IMG/VR virus record: IMGVR_UViG_3300025137_000027
Span: 1 to 64,000 of that record
Strand: one strand, 5' to 3'
Length of the DNA: 64,000 nt
From: a virus
Made by a program: the position numbers and the translations under genes. Position 1 is the stretch's first letter; the number at the start of each line of letters is the position of its first letter. Below the pieces are notes generated by a model. The model saw nothing but the letters and a program-made list of their open reading frames with translations. It did no database searches and was not told the DNA's origin. Below, one piece after another: positions 10,099-18,853 of the stretch.

Positions 10099-11135
10099 GA
10101 CTAGCAGTCCTTTTGTTTTTTACCGCTTTACCATTTGTAGGACAGGCGCAGGTATTTAAGAATTTTTTTAAATACTCTACGTTATACGCAGCTGCTAATG
10201 GCAATAATTCTTTAGCTACAACAGAAGCGTATTCTATAGATGGTAATACTGTTCAGTATGACTTAATCCAAACGCCCTTTGACTACAGCTTAACACTAGG
10301 CATTCGTAAGATTGCTAGGTTTGGTTATGAGAATAGAGCAAATGCATTTTACGATGGAACTGAAAAAACTTATGGAGATGATGCTACTATAGGTAAAAGG
10401 CAAGGCTTTGAGTTTTTATCTGAGATTGATTATCGCAGGCAACAAGGTCGGGTGCTAGTAAACCAACATCACTTTTTACGGTATGTATCAAAACGTTGGC
10501 TGGCTAAAGTTGAATACTTAGAAGATGGGTTTGCAGATGTGAAGTACGCGGAGGGGTCACAGCGTTTGCGTATTAATAGTAAAGGCAAGCTTTCTTTTAA
10601 CGCAGGCATTGCGCAGCGCATTTCAGAGGCGTACGGCTACGATCCCATCGCGGAGTGGGTAGAGGCTAACAACTCTGTTCATTACACCACCTTAGCGCTC
10701 CAAGAGGGTTATAGCGTGGATTTTAATACACAAGACTTCCTTAATCCAAATGGCGAAAGGGTAGCAAGTAGCATAGATGTTTGGAGAGAGGTTGTGATTC
10801 CTACGGTTCTTAGCGACTATGCTGAAAAACAACGTCTACTTCTTGGGGACCAGTGGTGTCATAGTCTAGTGCTAGGTTACGACTACTACTACAATAGCAA
10901 AGATTTATGGTTGCACACCTGGGGTAACTTCTACCCTTACCATCTAGATCTAAACAACGAGTACTCTTACAATACTCTTATCGGAGCTAACGACTGGTTA
11001 GACTTGTCAGTAGGCGTGGTTAGCGGGTGGCGAATTACTAAAAGTTTAGGTATTTTTTTAGAGGGGACTTACAACCGGTATTGGAACCGTTCGTGGCATA
11101 ATTTTTCTGCTGGGGTAAACTATGTAATTTATTAA
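10095..11135 (+). CDS. putative outer-membrane beta-barrel protein
   Basis: Signal peptide ending GQA-Q; many amphipathic, aromatic-rich strands; C-terminal beta-signal-like NFSAGVNYVIY. Confidence 0.65.
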   Translation: MRLAVLLFFTALPFVGQAQVFKNFFKYSTLYAAANGNNSLATTEAYSIDGNTVQYDLIQTPFDYSLTLGIRKIARFGYENRANAFYDGTEKTYGDDATIGKRQGFEFLSEIDYRRQQGRVLVNQHHFLRYVSKRWLAKVEYLEDGFADVKYAEGSQRLRINSKGKLSFNAGIAQRISEAYGYDPIAEWVEANNSVHYTTLALQEGYSVDFNTQDFLNPNGERVASSIDVWREVVIPTVLSDYAEKQRLLLGDQWCHSLVLGYDYYYNSKDLWLHTWGNFYPYHLDLNNEYSYNTLIGANDWLDLSVGVVSGWRITKSLGIFLEGTYNRYWNRSWHNFSAGVNYVIY

Positions 11136-11425
11136 TGATGGGAAAGGAATTAAATGAAGACACGAGCTTTCAGGTAAGTATTAAAACATTGCTTACTATT
11201 GGGGCGGGGATGGTGGTGATAATTAGTGGTTGGTTTGTTTTACAAGCTGATATTGAGGAAGCTAAGAAGTTGCCGGAACCTGCTGAGCCTGAGATTACAC
11301 GCATGGAATTTGATATGAAAGACAAGCTTGTGCGTCAAACTATTATGACAACCCAAGAGGATGTTTCTGAAATAAAAGATGACATGAAACGGATAGAAGA
11401 AAAAATTGATAACTTAAGAAAATGA
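11135..11425 (+). CDS. single-TM coiled-coil membrane protein
   Basis: Hydrophobic LLTIGAGMVVIISGWFVL followed by a heptad C-terminus (EIKDDMKRIEEKIDNL). Confidence 0.65.
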   Translation: MMGKELNEDTSFQVSIKTLLTIGAGMVVIISGWFVLQADIEEAKKLPEPAEPEITRMEFDMKDKLVRQTIMTTQEDVSEIKDDMKRIEEKIDNLRK

Positions 11426-11429
11426 ACTA

Positions 11430-11795
11430 ATGAAAATTATTACCGCAATATTTGCTACTTTTGTTGTGGGTGCATTGATATTTGCTACACCTGATGTAGC
11501 GAATACAGAAAATCTATATGAGGGTCTTTGCGTTGTAGAATTTAACGCAGGCTTTAACTCACAGAACAGTGTTCCTTGGATAGAGGAACTCACAGATTGT
11601 ACGGGCCGGCGAGTAGACATCGCTTCTTCCCCAGCAGAACAAGCAGATCACAGCATCGTAGTAGTGCCTACAATCATTATTTTTAATGAGGGGCAAGAAG
11701 TAAAACGGTACCAAGCTAACATCATGATGGAGTTAGAGGTACAGAAAGAAACTATTCAAGAGGATATTGATGAAATCATAATGAGCGACTTCTAA
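11430..11795 (+). CDS. exported thioredoxin-fold protein lacking CxxC
   Basis: Signal peptide; VVEFNAGF, VDI and VVPTIIIFNEGQEVKRY (cis-Pro loop) follow the Trx pattern; its two Cys are far apart. Confidence 0.65.
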   Translation: MKIITAIFATFVVGALIFATPDVANTENLYEGLCVVEFNAGFNSQNSVPWIEELTDCTGRRVDIASSPAEQADHSIVVVPTIIIFNEGQEVKRYQANIMMELEVQKETIQEDIDEIIMSDF

Positions 11796-11962
11796 TGGCT
11801 ACTAAAAAGAAAAAGGGTTTATACGCAAACATCCATGCAAAACGAAAACGCATCAAAGCCGGATCGGGTGAAAAGATGCGCTCAGCTGGAGCAAAGGGTG
11901 CGCCTACTAAAAAAGCGTTTAAGCGATCTGCAAAAACTGCAAAACGACGTAAAAAGCGTTAG
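11795..11962 (+). CDS. 55-aa basic phage protein (below the ORF-track cutoff)
   Basis: MATKKKKGLYANIHAKRKRIKAGSGEKMRSAGAKGAPTKKAFKRSAKTAKRRKKR; TAATG-coupled to the upstream gene; GLYANIHAKRKR recurs in marine phage small proteins. Confidence 0.8.
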   Translation: MATKKKKGLYANIHAKRKRIKAGSGEKMRSAGAKGAPTKKAFKRSAKTAKRRKKR

Positions 11963-11964
11963 TG

Positions 11965-12267
11965 ATGGCAGCAACACGCAAGGCAACTTCTATTCGCAAA
12001 ACCACAAAGGGGAAAGGGGCAAACTACCGCTCGACCAAAAAGGGTGCGGGGATGACTGCAAAAGGTGTACGTGCATACCGAAAAGCAAACCCAGGGAGTA
12101 AGCTAAAGACAGCTGTTACTGGTAAGGTTAAAAAGGGAAGCAAGGCAGCTAAGCGGCGTAAGTCGTATTGTGCCCGTTCTTTAGGGCAGCTAAAGCGTTC
12201 TAGTTCTAAGACTAAAAATGATCCTAATTCACGCATACGCCAAGCACGTAGGCGTTGGAAATGCTAA
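11965..12267 (+). CDS. basic protein, DUF6321-like
   Basis: GMTAKGV..YR.ANPGSKLKTAV...RRKSYCAR...DPNSRI..ARRRWKC motif. Confidence 0.7.
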   Translation: MAATRKATSIRKTTKGKGANYRSTKKGAGMTAKGVRAYRKANPGSKLKTAVTGKVKKGSKAAKRRKSYCARSLGQLKRSSSKTKNDPNSRIRQARRRWKC

Positions 12268-12269
12268 TT

Positions 12270-12398
12270 ATGGAAGACGAATTTGACATCTCTTTTCTCG
12301 ACTCAGAGAAACTTAAAAAATCTCAAGAAAAACTTGAGAGCGGAGAAATTACATGCAACCTGGACGACCCAGAAGATTGCGAAAGCTGTAGCGGATGA
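12270..12398 (+). CDS. 42-aa acidic peptide with C-terminal C-x7-CxxC, resembling the ribonucleotide reductase alpha redox tail
   Basis: MEDEFDISFLDSEKLKKSQEKLESGEITCNLDDPEDCESCSG; fills the gap, ATGA-coupled to the next gene. Confidence 0.7.
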   Translation: MEDEFDISFLDSEKLKKSQEKLESGEITCNLDDPEDCESCSG

Positions 12399-13981
12399 GC
12401 AAGAAATTTAACGGAGAACGGTGCGAGCGTCGAAACTTAACTGATTTAGTTCTGGGTACGGGACCAACTGGTATGAAGCGCCCTGTTACTAAAAAGAAAC
12501 AACCTGCTAAGTCGACTGTTCCTCAAATGAACTACGGAGGGCCTTTCATAGCTTCTGATTACTATGCTAATTTAGCTAACGCTAATCCAGAAATGGTTGA
12601 GAATGGTGCAATGCAAGCTCCTGAAGGATTCGAGTTTCCTACTGAGGGTGGCGCTACTATGACTCCTGGGCAATTCCCAGAATTTATGAAGCAGTATCTT
12701 GCAAAACAGGGCAACATGAGTCTAGCAAGTTCTGCAGGTCAATCTGCAGGACAGTTTATTACCCAAAATTCGGATACTGTTGGTGACCCTATGGCTAATT
12801 TTGGCGTAGGAGAAGGGCTAGGGGCAGCTGTAAGCGGAGCAGCTAACCCTTTCGCTATGTCTTTTGGACCTGCAGGCATGGTAGTTGGTGCTGGGGTAGG
12901 TTTACTTAAGGCTAGGCAAGAGAGTAACATGGAAAAAAATCGTTTCATAGCAGAAGAAGAAAGACTTTCTGGTATGCGAACGGCTGCAAATGTGGCTAAT
13001 GCACAAGACTTTAGTCGTCAGGCTTTAAGTACTTACGATCAAGACGGTGCAGGAGGAGGGTACTACTCTAAGTATGGAGGACCAGTAGATCGTTTTTACA
13101 TGGGAGGAGCTACTAAGCGACAGTATCCCCATGGCGGAGGAACTCATCCTCCTGTTATTCCTGGGATGGAGCAATATGCCCAATACAATAACTTAAATCC
13201 TGATCTTGCTGCTGCTGTTGCAAACCGGCCTGAGACTTCTGATAGGTTAACAAATTATACTAATGCGGAACAGCGCAGGTATAACAATATAGGAAATCAA
13301 ACACGTATAAATTCTGCTGTTGAAAATGCGAGGAATAATGCAAATACTTTTGCTACTAACACTTATAATTTTCATAAGGAGCAACCTTTGGATGCGCTAG
13401 GCATGGATTTAGCTATTGCTGGTCAGCTCCCTATAGTAGGCGAGGCGGCGGACTTATTAAATGCTGGAATTAGTGGAGCGCGAGGCTTTTACAATACTGC
13501 AGTAGGAGATACCGCAAAAGCTAAAGAACAGTATGCATTAGCGACACTTAGCGGGTTAAGTGCAATCCCTATTGCAGGAAATGTAACTGGAGCAGCTCGC
13601 ATAGGTAAAGGACTGTACAAGGCTTCTCATGGTGCTCACAAGCTAGAGAGAGGGGTCATTGGCGCAAAAGGAGTAAAAGCCGGGACTTACGAGTCTTATG
13701 CTATGGGCGGCCCTATCGATTATGAAACTGAAAAAGAAGAAGTTATATTAGCTTCGCCTTACGACCGACCCGTAGCGCCGGGACAAGGAAGCTATAACCA
13801 GCTGTCTGAAAATCTTTTTAAAGGTAATGGCCCTAGTCACGCGCAAGGAGGTATTCCTACACGAGGTGCTACACAACCATTTGTAGACGCTGGAGGGCAA
13901 CCTGTTGATAGCCCATATGTATTTAGCGATTCTAAAGATATGAAATTTGATCCGAATGACATTTTATCTATGATCACATGA
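12395..13981 (+). CDS. virion cargo/ejection protein with Gly-rich hydrophobic segments and a pre-toxin-like motif
   Basis: GPSHAQGGIP and YVFSD motifs of crAss cargo proteins; repeated x-x-x-GG motifs; QLPIVGEAADLLNA...LSAIPIAG segment. Confidence 0.6.
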   Translation: MSKKFNGERCERRNLTDLVLGTGPTGMKRPVTKKKQPAKSTVPQMNYGGPFIASDYYANLANANPEMVENGAMQAPEGFEFPTEGGATMTPGQFPEFMKQYLAKQGNMSLASSAGQSAGQFITQNSDTVGDPMANFGVGEGLGAAVSGAANPFAMSFGPAGMVVGAGVGLLKARQESNMEKNRFIAEEERLSGMRTAANVANAQDFSRQALSTYDQDGAGGGYYSKYGGPVDRFYMGGATKRQYPHGGGTHPPVIPGMEQYAQYNNLNPDLAAAVANRPETSDRLTNYTNAEQRRYNNIGNQTRINSAVENARNNANTFATNTYNFHKEQPLDALGMDLAIAGQLPIVGEAADLLNAGISGARGFYNTAVGDTAKAKEQYALATLSGLSAIPIAGNVTGAARIGKGLYKASHGAHKLERGVIGAKGVKAGTYESYAMGGPIDYETEKEEVILASPYDRPVAPGQGSYNQLSENLFKGNGPSHAQGGIPTRGATQPFVDAGGQPVDSPYVFSDSKDMKFDPNDILSMIT

Positions 13982-16900
13982 GTAAGAAGAAGATGACCCC
14001 TGCTCAAGTAGCAGAAAAAATAGCGCGGTTTATAGCTAAACAAGAAGAAACGTTAAAGACTTACCCTGTAGGTCCTTTAGGCAACACGGCAAAGCGTAAT
14101 TTGGAAAAGGGTAAGAAAGCGTTAGCTGCTTTGCAAGGTAAGAACGAAGAGATGCGTATGGCTATGCAGCCTCAAGGTCAGGCTGCTATGCCTTCCCAGC
14201 AAATGGCATTAGGGGGGGATTTAGTAAGCGCACTTCCGGCTGCTAGTGGAGCAGGGACTGCTTCTAGTATAACACCCGCACAGCAGTCTATGATTGATAG
14301 CCTGTCTTCTCAGTATGGCATGAGTCCTGCTATTGCTGCTGCTGTAGCTTCTGTAACCCAAAAAGAAAGCGGGGGGTCAGGAACTAAAGCAGAAAATAAT
14401 TACAGCAACACTTCTAATGCTGCTATTAGAGGAGTAAACACCCGTTTTGCAAGGAAGTTTAAGGACATGCCAGACGCAGAGCTTACTAAGCTTAAAGCGA
14501 ATCCAGAGGCGTTCTTTAATTATGTATACGATGATGCTACCGGTAACTCTGCTGAGGGTGACGGCTACAAGTATAGAGGGCGAGGGCTTGTACAAGTTAC
14601 TGGCAAGGCTAATTACAAACGCGTAAGCCAGGCAGTATACGGGGATGATCGCTTAGTAGACAATCCGGACTTGCTTTTAGACGATGCTACTGCCGGAGCA
14701 GCTGCTGCTTATTTTGCTGCGGAAAGCGGTAAAGGGGTAAAAGGATATGTGGACTTTGATTTGAGCACGCCTAATCCCTCTCCCGAACAGATACAACAAG
14801 TATTAAATGGGTCGTACGCTGTAGTTGCATCTGGAGGAACTTTGTCAAAGACAGAAGCTCAAGACTCTGCAAAGATGGCAAAGCGGTACGAACAGTTTAA
14901 TAAGAGTATGGCTACAATGCAGGCGTTTGCCGGAGTAAATGTTCCAAACTCCCAGGGTTCTAACGAAGCTTCTGCACAAAATACTAATGGTTCAAATGCT
15001 GTTGCACCCCAAACGCAGAGAGTTCAAGAACCTCAAGTTTCTATTCCTGAAGAATTAGATGATAATAAACTATTTGAGTTAGCTGCTTCTGATAAACGCA
15101 CGTTGGATTTTATGCAACGTAATAATGTTACTACAAGTGACTTAAATAAAGCTTTAGCAGGAGAGTACGTAGACATCCCTAACCGAGCTGCATTTGATGG
15201 CTTAGTTAGAAAAGTTGCTAGTGATTACACTACTTCTCGAAACTCTGCAATAGCTCAAACCCAAGCGTCTCGTACAAAAGATAAAACAGGCGACTCTATT
15301 GGGTGGAGCGAATCTTTAGGCATTTCTAGAGAGCGTTATAAAGAGTTAGCTTCAGAAGCAGAAGACGAGTTCCCCGATCAGGCTTTAGCTTATATACCTG
15401 GTCCCGAGGGTACTGAGGGTAGCTTTCGAGTTGATATAACTAGTCCTATGGGTTCGGCAAGGGTAGTTACGGATAGGCCAGAATTTACTGGTATGCAGGC
15501 AAAAATTAACTATGATAATTTTAAAGCCGGCGGGGAGGATTTCTTAGAACGTGGGATAGAAATGACGGATGCGGTAAAGGCAGGGCGAGACGAGTTCGCA
15601 GATACTTTTATGAAACCTGCTCTAGCTATGGGTTTAGGAGCTGCGGCTTTAGCCCCAGGAGCTATAGGATTAGGCGGTCTTAGTATGGGTCAAACTGGGT
15701 TAGCTGCTCAAGCCGTCGGTCGGCAATTTTTATCTGGTCAGGTTTTTAATCCTGCTATTGCTGGTGGAGGCATTAATTATGCGGGGGCTTTGGGGTCTGC
15801 AGCAGTTGCAGCACAGATGACGTCTGGAGTTATGCGTACTGCTGGAGACTTTGGGTTAACTGATCGGCAAAATGCTTTTGAAGTTGCAATGGACCCTGAC
15901 TTAAGTGCTCTTCAAAAAGCGCAGTATTTTACTGAAATAGGTTTAGAGTTATCCCCGGCACTTTTCGAAAGTCCGACAGCTATAAGAAATATATTTCGAG
16001 GTAAGCCGTCAGATTTTCCAGGTAGCCGTTCTCAATTTTTAATGGCGCGTAGAGCAGGACTTAATAAAGCAGATGATGCTTCGGCTTTAGTTGATGAAAC
16101 GCAGGATGCTTTTAGAGCTGTTCAAACTAATCGGGGGTCTTTTAAAAACACTGCAGCTTCGGCAGAGCAAAAAGCTCTAGCTGCTGAAACTAAAGCAACA
16201 AACTCTCCTACGAAAGCGAATAAAACAGCAGCTACTAAAGCTCGGGCGAAAGCAGAGACTGCAAAAGCAAATGATGCGCAGGCTTTGCGTAACCAGCAAT
16301 CTGCAGGGGCGTTTAGAAACAACGCTGTAGGTCGGGCAGGGGTAGCAGATGATGAGCTGAACTTATTTAATAAACGTTACAACGCTGCTCGAGAGCCTTA
16401 CAGTTTTGGTTCTACTGGAGTATTAAGTAATACAGGTAAGTTAATACCTGCGGCAGTTTCTGCGGCTCCTATGTTAGCTAACCTTGCTACTAACCCGGCT
16501 CAGAACACTCCAGAAAATGTACGAGCTGTATCTCCCACTATAGTAGATCCTCAAATACAGGCGAATCAAATTGAACAACCTGTAAGCGACCCTAATCAGG
16601 TTCCGACTAGAGATGGTTCTGGGACAACACCTGGTGGAGGGACTAGAGAAGGCGTCGCACCGTTGCCTGTTCGAGGAGTAGAAGAGGTAGCTTCTGTATT
16701 GCCTACAAAGGAAATACAAACTGCTTCTCCTGAAATGATGCAGGTAAATATGCCTAAGATGAACGCGTTACAAGCAGTACCTGCTATGGCATCTCTGGGT
16801 AGCGCGGCAATCCAACGTCGGGCACTTAATGCTATGCAAGGACCTCAGCGTCCTATTGAAACTGATATACCGCAGTTTGCTTATGAAAGTAATATTCAAA

Positions 16901-17313
16901 GTACGCTCGACGATATCCGCAATGCTACTAACACGGCAGCCCGAGGTACAAACTTACCGCAACAAGCGGCTGCTGCAAACCAACAAGCTTTAATGGCAAA
17001 CCGGTTTAGAGCAGAAGGGCGTGCACGGGCTATCGACAATCAAGCAAAGCAACAAGCTAAAGCGCGTTATGATACGATGGCTTACCAAGGAAGAGCAGTT
17101 CAAAACGATTTACGTAGCAAATACCAAGATGATATGGTAGGGTTTAATAATCAGAAGGCTATGCTTGATGCTCAAATCAAACAACAACCTCTGAACGTAC
17201 TAGCTTCTAGCACTCAAGACTACCTAAAAAACATTTATGCGCCTAACTTAGCAGCAATGTTTGAATCGCAAGGCCGGCAGTACGGCACAAACTACACTGA
17301 AGAAAATACATAA
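13978..17313 (+). CDS. virion cargo protein with GH19 (lysozyme-like) peptidoglycan hydrolase domain
   Basis: KESGG...GNSAEGDGYKYRGRGLVQVTGKANY...LVDNPDLL is the GH19 signature; the rest is Ala/Gln-rich. Confidence 0.8.
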   Translation: MSKKKMTPAQVAEKIARFIAKQEETLKTYPVGPLGNTAKRNLEKGKKALAALQGKNEEMRMAMQPQGQAAMPSQQMALGGDLVSALPAASGAGTASSITPAQQSMIDSLSSQYGMSPAIAAAVASVTQKESGGSGTKAENNYSNTSNAAIRGVNTRFARKFKDMPDAELTKLKANPEAFFNYVYDDATGNSAEGDGYKYRGRGLVQVTGKANYKRVSQAVYGDDRLVDNPDLLLDDATAGAAAAYFAAESGKGVKGYVDFDLSTPNPSPEQIQQVLNGSYAVVASGGTLSKTEAQDSAKMAKRYEQFNKSMATMQAFAGVNVPNSQGSNEASAQNTNGSNAVAPQTQRVQEPQVSIPEELDDNKLFELAASDKRTLDFMQRNNVTTSDLNKALAGEYVDIPNRAAFDGLVRKVASDYTTSRNSAIAQTQASRTKDKTGDSIGWSESLGISRERYKELASEAEDEFPDQALAYIPGPEGTEGSFRVDITSPMGSARVVTDRPEFTGMQAKINYDNFKAGGEDFLERGIEMTDAVKAGRDEFADTFMKPALAMGLGAAALAPGAIGLGGLSMGQTGLAAQAVGRQFLSGQVFNPAIAGGGINYAGALGSAAVAAQMTSGVMRTAGDFGLTDRQNAFEVAMDPDLSALQKAQYFTEIGLELSPALFESPTAIRNIFRGKPSDFPGSRSQFLMARRAGLNKADDASALVDETQDAFRAVQTNRGSFKNTAASAEQKALAAETKATNSPTKANKTAATKARAKAETAKANDAQALRNQQSAGAFRNNAVGRAGVADDELNLFNKRYNAAREPYSFGSTGVLSNTGKLIPAAVSAAPMLANLATNPAQNTPENVRAVSPTIVDPQIQANQIEQPVSDPNQVPTRDGSGTTPGGGTREGVAPLPVRGVEEVASVLPTKEIQTASPEMMQVNMPKMNALQAVPAMASLGSAAIQRRALNAMQGPQRPIETDIPQFAYESNIQSTLDDIRNATNTAARGTNLPQQAAAANQQALMANRFRAEGRARAIDNQAKQQAKARYDTMAYQGRAVQNDLRSKYQDDMVGFNNQKAMLDAQIKQQPLNVLASSTQDYLKNIYAPNLAAMFESQGRQYGTNYTEENT

Positions 17314-18842
17314 TGGCTGTAAATCTCCCCAAGTCTATGGAGTTTGTAGAGTACAAACCTTCGATGGTAGGTATTCCCACGCAATCTGTAGCACGATACT
17401 ATGACCGCTTAGACAGAGACGCTCTTCGTACTGAAGCTGCGGCTAATTCTGTTCAAGACACTTTAGCTGCAGAAATTGCATTAGCTGCTGAAGGCGACAA
17501 ACCCTACTTAAACGATTTATGGGGTAAAGTCGATGGGATTATGGAACAGGCTTCGAGCGAAAAGAATCTGCCAGGTTATGCTAAGCAGATTCGCAAGCTA
17601 GTAGGGGACATTAGTGGTTCTCCAGAGTATGCTAATGTTAAGCTAAACTCTCAGTTAGTTAAATCGTATACTGATAACTATACCAATTTGGCTACGTTGT
17701 ACGGACCAGAGAACATTGTTTCTAGCGGCGACAATCCGCGTAATTTTTCTAGCTCTAACGCAGAGGGCGGGATGCAAAAATTCCAAGGATTTGCAACAAA
17801 ACGTCCCGACTACTTAAAAGGCATGGACGACGTTTATATGAAAAATGTAGACATTGTACAGTCTGTAGGTGCTATGGAAGAGTTTGTAGATAGCGGAATG
17901 GCTCTTTCAGATTACTTGCAAACTCCTGAAGGACGAGTCCATATAAATGAAATTTCGCAGCAACTTACAGGGGTGTCTTATGACCGCCTTCCTGCAGCTC
18001 AAAATCAAGCAGGAGAGTACGTTGTTGGAGAAGAGGGCGTAGCAGTCATGAATCGAATGAATGACCTTCTTAAAGATGCAGGAGTTCGGTATGTTAAGAC
18101 TGCCACAGCTAAAACTGCAGCTGACGATCCTCGATTTAAAAACTTAAAAAATAAAGGAATTGTCAGTAGCGGTATTGCTAACGATACACTTACAGATGGC
18201 ACTGCTGCTCCAGATAGCACTATAGGTGTCTTTGACGATCGGGTAAATAATACATTATTAGACGATCAGCTTAATGCCTTCGTCGCATATGACCGCACGC
18301 TTAATCTGTTCCCCGCTGCAAGTGGGGGTAAAGAGAACTTTGAGCGCGGGGAGAACATCCAGTCAAATCAGATTTTAGGATCACGATTGACAAGTGGCAT
18401 TGGTCCTAAGGGTTATCCGCTTGTGCAAGTAGAATATAGTAATCGAGTTGCGGGCAAGGAAGGGGAGCAAGGTATTGGGTATTACGAGCTGAATAATCCA
18501 GATGATTTAGGGCTTCTCCAACAAAGTATGGAGGGAACATTGTTACAGCTTCGTAGTGGGGCTACAACTCCTGCAACCCGTTTCAGCATGACTCCAGCTA
18601 TTGCTAATATATTTGCTCCTAAATTAAATTCGTGGGCAGGGGGAGACGGAAAAGAATCGCTTACTGTGCAAAGTCCTCGAGGTACAGCATTAGAAATTAA
18701 AAAAGTATCGAATGGGTTTGCGTTATATGACAGCGAGGGGTCTCCTTATATGAATAATGGGAGTCATTATATTTTAGATAATGAGAATGGGGTTAAGGAT
18801 TTGCGTAACGCAATTGGAGATTTATTTATTAATAATTATTAA
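17313..18842 (+). CDS. putative virion cargo protein
   Basis: 509-aa ORF coupled between the cargo gene and the vRNAP gene, as in the crAss layout. Confidence 0.5.
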   Translation: MAVNLPKSMEFVEYKPSMVGIPTQSVARYYDRLDRDALRTEAAANSVQDTLAAEIALAAEGDKPYLNDLWGKVDGIMEQASSEKNLPGYAKQIRKLVGDISGSPEYANVKLNSQLVKSYTDNYTNLATLYGPENIVSSGDNPRNFSSSNAEGGMQKFQGFATKRPDYLKGMDDVYMKNVDIVQSVGAMEEFVDSGMALSDYLQTPEGRVHINEISQQLTGVSYDRLPAAQNQAGEYVVGEEGVAVMNRMNDLLKDAGVRYVKTATAKTAADDPRFKNLKNKGIVSSGIANDTLTDGTAAPDSTIGVFDDRVNNTLLDDQLNAFVAYDRTLNLFPAASGGKENFERGENIQSNQILGSRLTSGIGPKGYPLVQVEYSNRVAGKEGEQGIGYYELNNPDDLGLLQQSMEGTLLQLRSGATTPATRFSMTPAIANIFAPKLNSWAGGDGKESLTVQSPRGTALEIKKVSNGFALYDSEGSPYMNNGSHYILDNENGVKDLRNAIGDLFINNY

Positions 18843-18853
18843 TACTACATATT

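Noticed and set aside
10095-11135. Calling the barrel PorP/SprF or PorV
   Set aside because: Family motifs are not visible by eye, so it is left as an unknown barrel
11135-11795. Rz/Rz1 spanin pair
   Set aside because: The second protein has no lipobox Cys after its signal peptide and looks thioredoxin-like; the pair is far from the lysis genes
11835-12101. 88-aa ORF in the track
   Set aside because: It overlaps two better-supported coupled genes (11795-11962 and 11965-12267) in another frame
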